53,961 nt of DNA, from NCBI GenBank assembly GCA_040386535.1, contig JAZKFH010000026.1:1-53961 (forward strand). Reading direction: 5' to 3'. Made by a program: the position numbers and the translations under genes. Below are positions 1 to 8,645 of this stretch, piece by piece. The stretch comes from Myxococcota bacterium. Lineage in GTDB: Bacteria; Myxococcota_A; UBA796; SXON01. The notes under the pieces were generated by a model. That model saw nothing but the letters and a program-made list of their open reading frames with translations, made no database searches and was not told the origin of the DNA. Each line of letters opens with the position of its first letter. The first letter of the stretch is position 1.

Positions 1-806
1 GGCGCCTCGTGATCGCCCAGAAGGTGGCCCAGGACAGGATCGTGAGCCTCACCGATCCGCAGGCACGGCACGGGCGGAAGTCGAAGAGCCAAACCTTCAA
101 CGGCTTCAAGGTCCACGTGCTGGGGGACGTTGTGAGCGGCCTGATCGCCTCGGTGTCCGTGACGCCCGGGAACGTGCACGACGGCGCCCCGTCCCACCGC
201 CTGCTCGCGCGGGCGAAGCAGCTGGTAGCGGGCATCGACCGCGTTCTCGCGGACACCGCGTACGGCGGGGCACGCGACCACTTCCTGGCCAAGGGGGTGC
301 TCGGCATCACGCTGGTGACGCCTCCTCCCGCCGTCTCCACCGAGAGCACCACGCTGCGGAAGCAGGAGTTCGCCGTCGACTTCGAGGCTGGCACCGCGAC
401 GTGCCCCAACGGCGTGTTGGCTTCCCGGCGGTCGCTCTCGCTGTCCAAGGATTTCCCTCCCGGCAAGCCGGCGTTCCACTGGTCGGCGGCCACGTGTGCG
501 GCGTGCCCACTCAAGGTGGCCTGTCTGGGGGAGTCCACTCGCGGGCGGACCGTGGTGCTTCACCCCTACGAGCGTGAACTCCGCTTGATCCGCGACCAGT
601 TCGAGCGCGCGGAGACGCGTGCCCAGTACCGGCGCCGGAGCGAGTGCGAGCGGCTGGTGAACCAACTCACCCGGCATGGGGCGCGGGAGGCGAGAGCCTT
701 TGGGCTCCAGAAGGCGCACGAGCAGGCCCACATCATCGCGATGCGCTGCAACCTCGCCCTACTGGCCCGAGCGTTGGCGGCGCGCGAGGCGGCCGCCGCC
801 GCGTAG
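1..806 (+). CDS. DDE transposase, IS1182/IS5-like (C-terminal part; 5' end outside window)
   Basis: Motifs TDPQARHGRKS..F.GFKVHV, V.VTPGNVHD, LADTAYG, TCPNG, CAACPLK..C, Y.RRSECERL. Confidence 0.88.
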   Translation, partial: RLVIAQKVAQDRIVSLTDPQARHGRKSKSQTFNGFKVHVLGDVVSGLIASVSVTPGNVHDGAPSHRLLARAKQLVAGIDRVLADTAYGGARDHFLAKGVLGITLVTPPPAVSTESTTLRKQEFAVDFEAGTATCPNGVLASRRSLSLSKDFPPGKPAFHWSAATCAACPLKVACLGESTRGRTVVLHPYERELRLIRDQFERAETRAQYRRRSECERLVNQLTRHGAREARAFGLQKAHEQAHIIAMRCNLALLARALAAREAAAAA

Positions 807-856
807 CGCCGCCTGGCATCACACACGTATGCGACCCGCGTGGGTCTCGCCGAAGG

Positions 857-1001
857 CGCGCGGCAGGCGACCGGAGAGCGGGCGGCTCGGCCGCCCGGCT
901 CGGCGCCTCCGCCCGCCGAAAGGCGTGTGGAGGTGCCAGCCGAGCGCGAAGCGCGAGCTCGGAGGGGGCCGACGGCGGCCCTGCCGCCGGGCCGCCCAGT
1001 G
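857..1001 (+). repeat. Dispersed four-hairpin intergenic element, copy A
   Basis: cgcg..agg..ccggagagc-[gggcggc tcg gccgccc]-ggct C ggc..gcc agcc-ga-[gcgc gaa gcgc]-gagctcggagggggccga-[cggcggc cct gccgccg]-ggccgccc. Confidence 0.85.
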
Positions 1002-1035
1002 CCTCAGGAGGACAAATGCCGAACGCTCCTAGGAC

Positions 1036-1137
1036 GGTGCCGCACCCGAGGGGTGGCGCCTCACCCCGGCCGCTCGTCACCCGCAGGGTGCCAAACGCGA
1101 GGGGTGGCGCCTCACCCCGGCCGTTCGTCACCTGCAG
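1036..1137. repeat. Tandem repeat, 2 x 51 bp, with internal hairpin ggggtg..cacccc
   Basis: cgaggggtggcgcctcaccccggccg starts at 1047 and at 1098. Confidence 0.9.
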
Positions 1138-1213
1138 AAGAACTCTCGGCTTTCCATGGCCCGGTTCAACAACCGACCGAACTGGATCACACCCGGTGCC
1201 TCCGTGGTCGCTG

Positions 1214-1369
1214 GGCGGCCACCATCCGCGATCATCCAGGATGATGTGCCCTCCATGACCGCGTGGCGGCCAACATCGGCGATCATCTCGGATGATGTGC
1301 CCTCCATGACCGCATGGCGGCCAACATCGGCGATCATCTCGGATGATGTGCCCTCCATGACCGCGTGGC
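1214..1369. repeat. Tandem repeat, 3 x 51 bp
   Basis: Unit ggcggccaacatcggcgatcatctcggatgatgtgccctccatgaccgcgt at 1214, 1265, 1316; internal palindrome atcatc-tcg-gatgat. Confidence 0.95.
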
Positions 1370-1581
1370 CGCGGGCCCGAGATGACGCCGACCTTTCCCT
1401 CGAAGCGCCTCGACTACCCACCCACCCTCAATACCCCGGCTCGCAGGGCCCAATCGCTCCGGCACGCCCGAGGTGAACTGCGCCGACGGCGATGCCAAGG
1501 AGGCCCGAGGCGAGGAGCCCGAGGCCCGCGCCGGTCGCGCCCGCGTTTCCTTTGGATTCGCCGAGGCTGACGAGGCCGCTG

Positions 1582-2068
1582 ATGCCTCCTGCCGTGCCGC
1601 TCGCGATCCACACGCCTCCAGTCGAACCGGAGCTTCCATTTGATCGCGCGACACATCCGCAGGAGATCGTCCTGGGCAGCGCCGACGTCGTGCAAGCGGT
1701 TCTGCGCGAATCTGGCGCGGTCCGCCGAGACGGCCGAGGTGGGCCCACTCGCCGACGCGCTCGGCGAGGTTCTCTCGTACCTCCGTGCACGTGACCAGCA
1801 CGGCTCCCGCCACGATGGAGTCGTCGTCCTCGAACGGCGGCCCGTCGCGGCGGACCACGTGCTGCTCCTCGGCTACGTGTGGGAGATCGACCAGCACGTC
1901 AGTCCGCTGTCGGTAGATGTCACCATCGGGCACGCAGCACACTCGGTGATCATGCGGCTGGGAGACCCCACCCGGCGCTGGACCGCCGCGGAGGTCGAGC
2001 GGACGTGGCGCAAGGGCCGGCTCACTCCCGATTCGATACCGTGGCGATGGAGCTATACGTTTGGTTGA
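1582..2068 (+). pseudogene. Hypothetical protein, apparently split by a +1 frameshift at ~1711
   Basis: Removing T1711 joins the two ORFs as ..VVQAVLRE-LARSAETAEVGPLADALGEVLSYL.. Confidence 0.4.
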
Positions 2069-2111
2069 CCCATCCCAAGCCGCCCGCGCTGCCGGAGCAC
2101 CGCCTGTCCCG

Positions 2112-2390
2112 CTACCAGTAGACATCCACGGTAGCGCCCATCGCCCGCAATCCCTCGGCCATTCTCTCGGCAGCGGAATCGCGTTCGGCGTCCGACATCG
2201 CAAGGGTCCGTCCCTGGGCGTCGTGTTTGACGATTGTACTCGTGTACACACTATCGCGCGGGCCGTACTCCGCCTCGGCCACTACGGACGAGCCGTCGGC
2301 TTCCATCAGGAGCACCGAATGACGGTCCCGGGTCGTGACGAAGTAGCCCGAGTCATGCTGTGCGAGTTGTGGACGAATGAGGGTGAACAC
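2112..2390 (-). CDS. Small hypothetical protein, weakly Imm74-like
   Basis: GTG start with GGAGG RBS, 92 aa; C-terminal MSDAERDSAAERMAEGLRAMG helix. Confidence 0.6.
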   Translation of the reverse strand: MFTLIRPQLAQHDSGYFVTTRDRHSVLLMEADGSSVVAEAEYGPRDSVYTSTIVKHDAQGRTLAMSDAERDSAAERMAEGLRAMGATVDVYW

Positions 2391-2421
2391 TTCGTTGCCT
2401 CCCCTGATCGCTGGGCCAAGC

Positions 2422-3825
2422 CTAAAGTGTTGTCCGATGCCCCGGCAGCCGATCGAGCAGCGAACGTTGAGCCGCCACCCGCCCCATGTTGTCCCGCGCG
2501 ATGACACCAAAATCGGGTGACACCTCCAGGTGGCACGCCACGCGCTCCCAGAACGTCACCGCCGCCGCCCACGTGCTCATCCACACGTCGGTACGCGTGG
2601 GCGACAGCATGGGCATCCCGAGCTCGACCGGCACGAGCTCGTTGTTGCGGGGCGCGTACACCATCGGGAGCATGTCGTAGGCGGGGGCGAGCCCGCCGAG
2701 CACCCCGTTGTCGAGACGCAGGGAGAGGTTGCCGAGGTGGCGGTCGGTGTTGCCGATCCAGGCGCCGAACCGTTCGAGCCAGAGGATCTGGTCGAACGTG
2801 GCCGCGTCGATGCGGCGCTGGGTGGTCAGCGCCGTGGCGACGCTCGTCCAGCTGGTCGGTTCACCGACGAACTCGGCGTCCAGCACCCGGAGGGATACGA
2901 CGCCGCGGCGGCCCGTGGCGCCGCTCCGATCGAAGCGCTCCACCTCCAGGAATGTGCGCCCACCGTGGTGCAGGAGGGTGGAGCGCGCGGCGGTCGGGCC
3001 GTGCGCGGCGATCGTGGACAAGGCGACATGCTCGCACACCAACAGGTCGGCCACACGACGCCCCACCGCGTCCCCGACGGGCGGGGAGAACTTGACGAGG
3101 ACCGGCACGGCGGCGCCGCCGTCGAGCCGCGTCGCGAGGAACTTGGGCTGCTCCCCCGCCGCGGACGAGCCGGGGATGCCCGCCGCGACCATGTCGGCGG
3201 CGAGCGCCGGATAGCGCTCCGCGCGGTCCGCGAGCGGCACCGCGTTGGCGACGCCGGCGTGGAGATGCCGCAGGAACGTGGGCTCGCCGAGCACGAGGTT
3301 GCCGACCAGATCGTGCCCGTGCTGGTGGAGGTAGGTGACGACCTGGTCGTTCGACCACGCCAGGATGTCGCGCGAGAACCCGAGCTCGGGGTGGTGCACG
3401 GGCGCAAGGCGGCCGAGGAAGCCGGCGGGGCGCAGATCGTCGAGGAACCACGGTACGCCGGGGTAGAAACCGGCGAGCGGCGTGTCGCTCTCGACCAGGA
3501 ACCCCGCGGGCTCGACCGGGTGCAGCCGCGCGAGGAGACGCGTGCGCGCGGGCCCCTCGCCGAGCACCTCGTAGAGCGGCACCACCGAGGGGAGCCCCTC
3601 GATCCGACGGCGCGCCGCGTACCGGGTCGACCGGGTGCGGCCGGTGGTCACGAGGTCGTCGCGATGCGCCGCCACGAGGCGCGAGAACGTGGGTTGGCTC
3701 ACGCCGAGCTCCGCGACGAGCACGCGCGCCTCGGCCGGCCCGTTCAGCGACAGGGTGCGGCGGAGGGTGCGCCAGAGCGCGTCCGGGTCGATGGAGCGGG
3801 GCGTAGAATGAATCCTTGACTGCAA
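2422..3825 (-). CDS. yjjJ: HipA-family Ser/Thr kinase toxin, YjjJ type
   Basis: N-terminal HTH LGVSQPTFSR; PWFLDDLRPAGFLGR; GSSAAGEQPKF; VERFDR; IGNTDRHLGN; LAPAYDMLPM. Confidence 0.9.
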   Translation of the reverse strand: MQSRIHSTPRSIDPDALWRTLRRTLSLNGPAEARVLVAELGVSQPTFSRLVAAHRDDLVTTGRTRSTRYAARRRIEGLPSVVPLYEVLGEGPARTRLLARLHPVEPAGFLVESDTPLAGFYPGVPWFLDDLRPAGFLGRLAPVHHPELGFSRDILAWSNDQVVTYLHQHGHDLVGNLVLGEPTFLRHLHAGVANAVPLADRAERYPALAADMVAAGIPGSSAAGEQPKFLATRLDGGAAVPVLVKFSPPVGDAVGRRVADLLVCEHVALSTIAAHGPTAARSTLLHHGGRTFLEVERFDRSGATGRRGVVSLRVLDAEFVGEPTSWTSVATALTTQRRIDAATFDQILWLERFGAWIGNTDRHLGNLSLRLDNGVLGGLAPAYDMLPMVYAPRNNELVPVELGMPMLSPTRTDVWMSTWAAAVTFWERVACHLEVSPDFGVIARDNMGRVAAQRSLLDRLPGHRTTL

Positions 3826-3895
3826 AGATAGCCGGTAATCAGGGCATCATCGACCGATCGGAGGCGCCCTACAGAATGAATACATGAATGAATGA
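3805..3895. promoter_or_regulatory. GAAT/ATTC direct repeats around the yjjJ start; possible operator
   Basis: agaatgaat at 3805 and agaatgaatacatgaatgaatga at 3873-3895, AT-rich in a GC-rich background. Confidence 0.4.
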
Positions 3896-4016
3896 CGGAG
3901 CGTGCACGGGGAGATCCGTCACCGCCCCGGCCGCGGCGGTCGGCGCCTCCCGGACTCGACCGCTACGTGAACGTCACCGCGCCGGGCACCGCCGCGCGCG
4001 CTTGCTCGAGCCCCCC

Positions 4017-4679
4017 TCACCCCACCCTGTACGGCCCCCGCGGCGCCCCGACGGGAAACGCCATCTCGTACCAGGGCGTCTGGTGGTGGTCGCGGGCGGC
4101 GGGGTCGGGCGTGAAGGCCGGATCGAGGCGGGCGCGGATCGAGCCGAGGGTGCGGTAGTCACGTTGGCTCACGACGGGAACCCCCGCACGCAGCAGCAGC
4201 GCCGCGGCCACGCCGGTCCCCGCCTGGTACGCGCGCGTCGGCGTGAGGCGGCACCCGTAGGCGATCACCTGGGTGCCGCACGCCGCGCTCATGTCGGTGA
4301 GGATGGCGAGCTCCACGTCATGTTCCCGCGCGAAGCTCACCATCGCCTCTCCGCCGGCGACCATCGCGTCGGTGAGGTCGACGCCGTGCTCGTCGTAGAC
4401 GCGCGCGCGGCCCGCGAGGACATCGGCGCCGTCGCCGCCGTGGATGTCCGGGAGGGTGCGCGGCACGCCGAGGGTGTGGGCCTCGGGGCAGAACGCCACG
4501 AACCGCATCGAGGGGACCGCGAGCAGCCCGCCGAGCGCGCCTCCAACGCCGTTGTCGCTCCCGTCGACGCCGCAGCCGAGGCCGGCGAGGCAGCCGCTCA
4601 CCAGCACGCGGAGCGGATCGTCGGGGGTGGCGGCACGGAGCGCGGCGACGGCGGCGGGGGTGTGGGCCAGGCGTGTCAT
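4017..4679 (-). CDS. DUF523 / 2-thiouracil desulfurase-family protein
   Basis: VLVSGCLAG..C..DG, FCPE..LGVPR, S.ACG, G.GVAAALL. Confidence 0.85.
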   Translation of the reverse strand: MTRLAHTPAAVAALRAATPDDPLRVLVSGCLAGLGCGVDGSDNGVGGALGGLLAVPSMRFVAFCPEAHTLGVPRTLPDIHGGDGADVLAGRARVYDEHGVDLTDAMVAGGEAMVSFAREHDVELAILTDMSAACGTQVIAYGCRLTPTRAYQAGTGVAAALLLRAGVPVVSQRDYRTLGSIRARLDPAFTPDPAARDHHQTPWYEMAFPVGAPRGPYRVG

Positions 4680-5488
4680 GGGGGCTCCGTGGGGCCGACG
4701 ACGGCGAGGATCCCGGCCCAGGTCCCCCCGGGGCGCGCGCAGGTGTCCGACACACACAAGTCGGAGATGGTGCCGTCGAGGTAGAGCGCGTCGGGGGCGG
4801 CGAGGTGGTCGACGAACAGATCGGCGGTTTCGCGCAGGGACACGGGCGCCAGGGACATGGCGAGGTGGACCGTGTGCCGGTCGGTCACGCCGACGGCGTT
4901 GCGCAGGTTGAGGCTCCCACGGGCCACGGCCACGCCGGGATGCAGCACCCCGCCGTGCGCGAGCAGGGGGCCCGACTGGGTCGCGAGGTGTACACCGGCT
5001 GATCCCGGCCAGTCCGCGGCCGGCGCGACGTGGGCGCCGACGCTGTCGACCCAGAACACGCCGTTCGGTTTCCAGTAGAAGTTGCCATCGCCCGCGCGTT
5101 GGTTCAGGCCGTGGCGCTCCACGCCATGTGACACGAACAGGCCGCTCGGGAGGGACGGGGTCTCGAAGATGCCCGCGTTCGTCCCGACCACGAGTCGTTT
5201 GCCGTCGCGGCGGAGGAAGGCGTCGAGCTCCCCGAAGCTACGTGGCTCCCCGGGCGCCTGCCCGTACAGGGCCAGCGTGGCGACGCGCAGATCGAGGGTG
5301 ACCACCCGCCAGGACACCGTGGTGGAGCGCATCGTGCGCACGGTGACACCGGGGGCGACGAGGCCGTCGGGCGTGAGGACCGCGTACGCGGCGCTCCCGT
5401 CGGGCGACACCGGCCCGCCGACGGCCCACGCGGCCCCGACGGCGAGGGTGGTGGCGAGCGCAGCGAAGACGAGGCGGCGGAAGGACAC
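4676..5488 (-). CDS. Phosphodiester glycosidase (NAGPA/YigE-like) secreted protein
   Basis: Signal peptide; TNAGIF, GNFYWKPNGVF, ATQSGPLL, RNAVGV, ALYLDGTIS. Confidence 0.85.
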   Translation of the reverse strand: MSFRRLVFAALATTLAVGAAWAVGGPVSPDGSAAYAVLTPDGLVAPGVTVRTMRSTTVSWRVVTLDLRVATLALYGQAPGEPRSFGELDAFLRRDGKRLVVGTNAGIFETPSLPSGLFVSHGVERHGLNQRAGDGNFYWKPNGVFWVDSVGAHVAPAADWPGSAGVHLATQSGPLLAHGGVLHPGVAVARGSLNLRNAVGVTDRHTVHLAMSLAPVSLRETADLFVDHLAAPDALYLDGTISDLCVSDTCARPGGTWAGILAVVGPTEPP

Positions 5489-5565
5489 ACCCCTCTCCTA
5501 CCGCGTCGCTCCGGCGCGGATCGGGCTTGCACCGACGTTGCACGATCGCGCCACGGGTCCCGCTC

Positions 5566-6510
5566 TCAGCGCCCCGTCGCCATCAGCACGCGTAGCGTGT
5601 CGCTCGGATCGAGGCACAGGTACGCGAACGCCCACGCCGGCCACACCACGAGCGCGAGGAAGCGGCCCACCGAGCGGTAGGGCGAGGGGCTGGTCTGGCC
5701 GCTCATGATCTCGGCCTCGGTCGGATCGGGCGCGCTCCGGAAGCCCACGAGGAGCGCGGGGACGGCGGCCAGCGCGAACGTGAACCACGCGAAGGTGCCC
5801 TGTGTGCCGATCTCGGACACAAGGCTCTCGACGATCACCGCGCGGCGGCTCGCCTCGACCATGGCGAGCGCGCCGAAGCCGCTGGACCATGCGGCCGACA
5901 ACGTGGCGAGCTCGCACGCGGCCACGAGGCTCATCCACGCCGCGGCGGCGACCATGCCGCCCTCGGGCCCGTTGCGGCCGGGGTGGGCGGTGGCCGTCGC
6001 GAGCGCGAGGGGGATCACGAACGTGCCGTAGAGGAGGACGCGCCCGATCGCGAGCGGGGCGGAGGCGTGGACCAGCAGGCCCAGCGCGGGCAGCAACGCC
6101 GTGAGCCCGGCGACCGCGAACACGACGCCCGGCACCACCCACGTGCGCGGACCGCGGACACCCGCGGCGAGCCCGCCGATGCCGAGCAGCGCGGCGACCG
6201 GCACGACGAGGACGCCCAGGAGCCCCTGGGAGAGGGTCTCGGCGATGCCCGCGGAGATGAGCATGGCGCGGTACGCGGGATCGGCGGACGTGATCGCGCT
6301 GGCGATGGCGGCCTCGTTGACGAGCGACGCGACGCCGATGAGCAGCGGCACGGCGACGAGGGGCCCGATGGCGAGGACGGGCGGCACGCGCCAGCGGAGC
6401 CCGAGGAGCACGGCGCACACGAGCGCCCAGAGCCCGCCGGCGAAGAGGAGCGCGACCTGGAGGTAGCCGAAGGTGCCCGCCTCTTGGAAGGTCATGAGCA
6501 GGCTGGACAT
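5566..6510 (-). CDS. Multi-pass membrane protein, hypothetical
   Basis: Many hydrophobic segments; ATG start MSSLLMTFQEAG. Confidence 0.75.
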   Translation of the reverse strand: MSSLLMTFQEAGTFGYLQVALLFAGGLWALVCAVLLGLRWRVPPVLAIGPLVAVPLLIGVASLVNEAAIASAITSADPAYRAMLISAGIAETLSQGLLGVLVVPVAALLGIGGLAAGVRGPRTWVVPGVVFAVAGLTALLPALGLLVHASAPLAIGRVLLYGTFVIPLALATATAHPGRNGPEGGMVAAAAWMSLVAACELATLSAAWSSGFGALAMVEASRRAVIVESLVSEIGTQGTFAWFTFALAAVPALLVGFRSAPDPTEAEIMSGQTSPSPYRSVGRFLALVVWPAWAFAYLCLDPSDTLRVLMATGR

Positions 6511-6550
6511 CGAACACTCCGGTCGGGCCGGAGTGTACGACACCCGCCGC

Positions 6551-6850
6551 CTACTTCGAGGACCGCCGCTCGAGCAGATCCCGCAGGGGCTCCAACTTCA
6601 GCGCCAGGTCCTCCGCGGTGCCCGCCGCCCGTAGCGCCGCGAGCGCCGGCTCGACGTGGCGCAGCAGCGCCTTCGCGTGCTCGGGGTCGGTGCCGCGGCG
6701 CCAGGCCTTGGTCTCCGTCTCGCCGCCGGTCGGCAGGAGCAGCTCGCACGCCTCGGCGAGGGACAGGTCTCCACCGCGCACGCGTCCGTACAGCTCGTAC
6801 GTCACGCGCTCGACCTCACCCAACACCCACTGCAGGCTCTGCTCCGACAT
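6551..6850 (-). CDS. Small helical hypothetical protein
   Basis: 99 aa, ATG preceded by GAGG, co-oriented with neighbours. Confidence 0.65.
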   Translation of the reverse strand: MSEQSLQWVLGEVERVTYELYGRVRGGDLSLAEACELLLPTGGETETKAWRRGTDPEHAKALLRHVEPALAALRAAGTAEDLALKLEPLRDLLERRSSK

Positions 6851-6886
6851 ACATCCTCGGCCGGCCGAGGTAGCACGTACGGGGCG

Positions 6887-7363
6887 CTACGCGCACCCCC
6901 CATCGGTCAAGGTCACCTGGTTCGTGCCCTTTCGGGCCGTCCCCTTGCCGCCCTCGTCGAGGATGAGCCAGTAGTCGAGCAGGCTGCACATCAGGCTCTG
7001 ATAGGCGTCGGGGTCGACGGGCTTGCGCAGCACGGTCGACGCGCGCGCGTGCAGGAAGCGCGCCAGGAGCTCGTCCGACACGTCTCCGCTCACGACGATG
7101 ATCGGCATCGTGATCAGCCACGGGATCGCGCGCAGCCGCGTCACCAGCGCTACGCCGCCCGCGGGGGGCAAGGCGTGGTCCACGATGAGGAGGTCAGGCC
7201 CGCGATGCTCACGACGGCCGGCCTCCAGATGCGACATCACCTCGTCCTCGTCCGGCGCGAACGACAGGCGGTGGTCGAGGTTCCACAGGGAGATGGCCGC
7301 CTCGATCGAGGTGCGCTCGTCGTGATCGTGGGCGGCCACGAGGATTCCGGGGGTGTGGACCAT
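6887..7363 (-). CDS. Single-domain response regulator (CheY/Rcp1-like), atypical acidic pocket
   Basis: PDLLIVDHALP..GG, PIIVVSG, RKPVD, DYW. Confidence 0.8.
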   Translation of the reverse strand: MVHTPGILVAAHDHDERTSIEAAISLWNLDHRLSFAPDEDEVMSHLEAGRREHRGPDLLIVDHALPPAGGVALVTRLRAIPWLITMPIIVVSGDVSDELLARFLHARASTVLRKPVDPDAYQSLMCSLLDYWLILDEGGKGTARKGTNQVTLTDGGCA

Positions 7364-7448
7364 GGCCCAGCAGAACGCGCACGGCGGCACCGCCATTCCC
7401 GCGCATCGGGCACGCCCCAGGCGGGGCTCCCCGTGGTTACGCTGGGAC

Positions 7449-8492
7449 GTGCTGCGCGCCCTGCTGCCCTGGCTCCTCGCCGTCGCGATCGCAATCGGCG
7501 GGCTCGTCGTGGGCTGGGGCGCGGACCGGTACCTGTTCTCGGCGTTGGTCCTGCACGCCGAGCCCTTCCTGCTCGTGCTCGCCGCGTGGGCCGCGATGGG
7601 GGCGGTGTGGGCGGGGCGGCGGGGTCTTGCCGCCGCGTTGGTTTTGGGCGCGATCGTGGCCGCGCTCGGCGTGCGCCTGCCCTTCGGGGTGCCACCGGCC
7701 TCGGGCATGCCGCCCGAGTGGATGGGCTCCGTCAGCCGATGTGCCGCGGCGCTGCGCCCGCCGGCAGAGCCGGTCCGGCTCCTGCAATGGACCCTGCAAG
7801 GCGACGAGTCGGCCGCCGTCGTACAGGCGGCGGTGGCGGCGGCCGCGCCGGGCGTGGTGGTGCTCCACGGCGTGAGTGATCCCGCGCTCGTAGGCGGCAT
7901 CCTTCAGGAAGTTGGCGGTGAGTCGCGGTTCTACCCGCCGGAGGGAGGCGCCACCGGGCTCGCGATCGTGGCGGCGGGCGGCTTCCACCCCTGCGGCGAG
8001 GAGCTCGAGTGGAACGAGGCGATGGACACGCCGTACGGCTTCACCTTGTCGTTCGTGGGCGTGCCCTCGTCGACCGTGTTCCCGCTGCTCGTCACGCGGC
8101 TCCCCGGCCCGCTCGACGGCGGCGGGTGGTCCGGGCGCATGACCAGCGCGTCCACCCGCGTGTTGGACGCGGTCGCCGGGCTGCACGGCGGCTCGACCGT
8201 CGTGGTGGCCGACGCCCCCGCGCCGCGCACCTACCGCTACCTCGACGCGCGGATGGCCAGCGTCGGCGTCTCGACCGTGGCGGTGCCGCCCAGCTGGCCC
8301 GCGCGCCTCGGCGGCTTCCCGCTGCTCACGCTGCACCCCTTCGACCGCATGTGGGTCGGCCCGTCGTGGGCCCAGGCCACCGCGACGCGCGCGGCCGCCC
8401 GCACCGGCCTCCGTGCGCCGGTGTTGACGATCCTCTCGGGGCCGGATGCGGAGCGTTCGGACGGCGGTACGCGGGAGCGATATCCGCAGTGA
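7449..8492 (+). CDS. Membrane-anchored endonuclease/exonuclease/phosphatase-like protein, degenerate
   Basis: 3 N-terminal TM segments, then RLLQWT, PGVVVLHGV, VVVAD, SWP..PFDRMWV in EEP motif order; start uncertain. Confidence 0.6.
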   Translation: MLRALLPWLLAVAIAIGGLVVGWGADRYLFSALVLHAEPFLLVLAAWAAMGAVWAGRRGLAAALVLGAIVAALGVRLPFGVPPASGMPPEWMGSVSRCAAALRPPAEPVRLLQWTLQGDESAAVVQAAVAAAAPGVVVLHGVSDPALVGGILQEVGGESRFYPPEGGATGLAIVAAGGFHPCGEELEWNEAMDTPYGFTLSFVGVPSSTVFPLLVTRLPGPLDGGGWSGRMTSASTRVLDAVAGLHGGSTVVVADAPAPRTYRYLDARMASVGVSTVAVPPSWPARLGGFPLLTLHPFDRMWVGPSWAQATATRAAARTGLRAPVLTILSGPDAERSDGGTRERYPQ

Positions 8493-8494
8493 TC

Positions 8495-8613
8495 GGGCGG
8501 TCCGGCCGCTGACGCGGCCGTCGGTCCCCTGCGGGACTCGCTTCGCTCGGTCGCCCGCTACCCGCGGGCGGACCGGCCGCTCACGCGGCCGCCCCTCCGG
8601 GCACCTACCGCGG
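8495..8613 (-). repeat. Dispersed four-hairpin element, copy B
   Basis: Minus strand: cgcggtaggtgcccggaggggc-[ggccgc gtga gcggcc]-ggtc C gcccgc..gcgggc gacc-ga-[gc gaa gc]-gagtcccgcaggggaccga-[cggccgc gtca gcggccg]-gaccgccc. Confidence 0.85.
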
Positions 8614-8645
8614 GGACCTGCCCCAAGACGTGCTCAGCAGCGCGC

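Larger units (their letters stand above)
1..1032 (+). mobile_element. IS element, right part; putative right end at ...GAACGCTC-CTAG
   Basis: Transposase ORF followed by ~220 nt of non-coding DNA ending in CTAG (1029-1032), which is rare in this window and a common IS target. The left end is not visible, so the boundary is inferred. Confidence 0.5.

Noticed and set aside
1214..1369. CRISPR array
   Set aside because: Units are contiguous near-identical 51-mers with no unique spacers, and no cas genes are present.
1156..1476. 106-aa ORF with 17-aa repeats
   Set aside because: Probably a by-product of the 51-bp array; it is open on both strands and has no recognisable domain.
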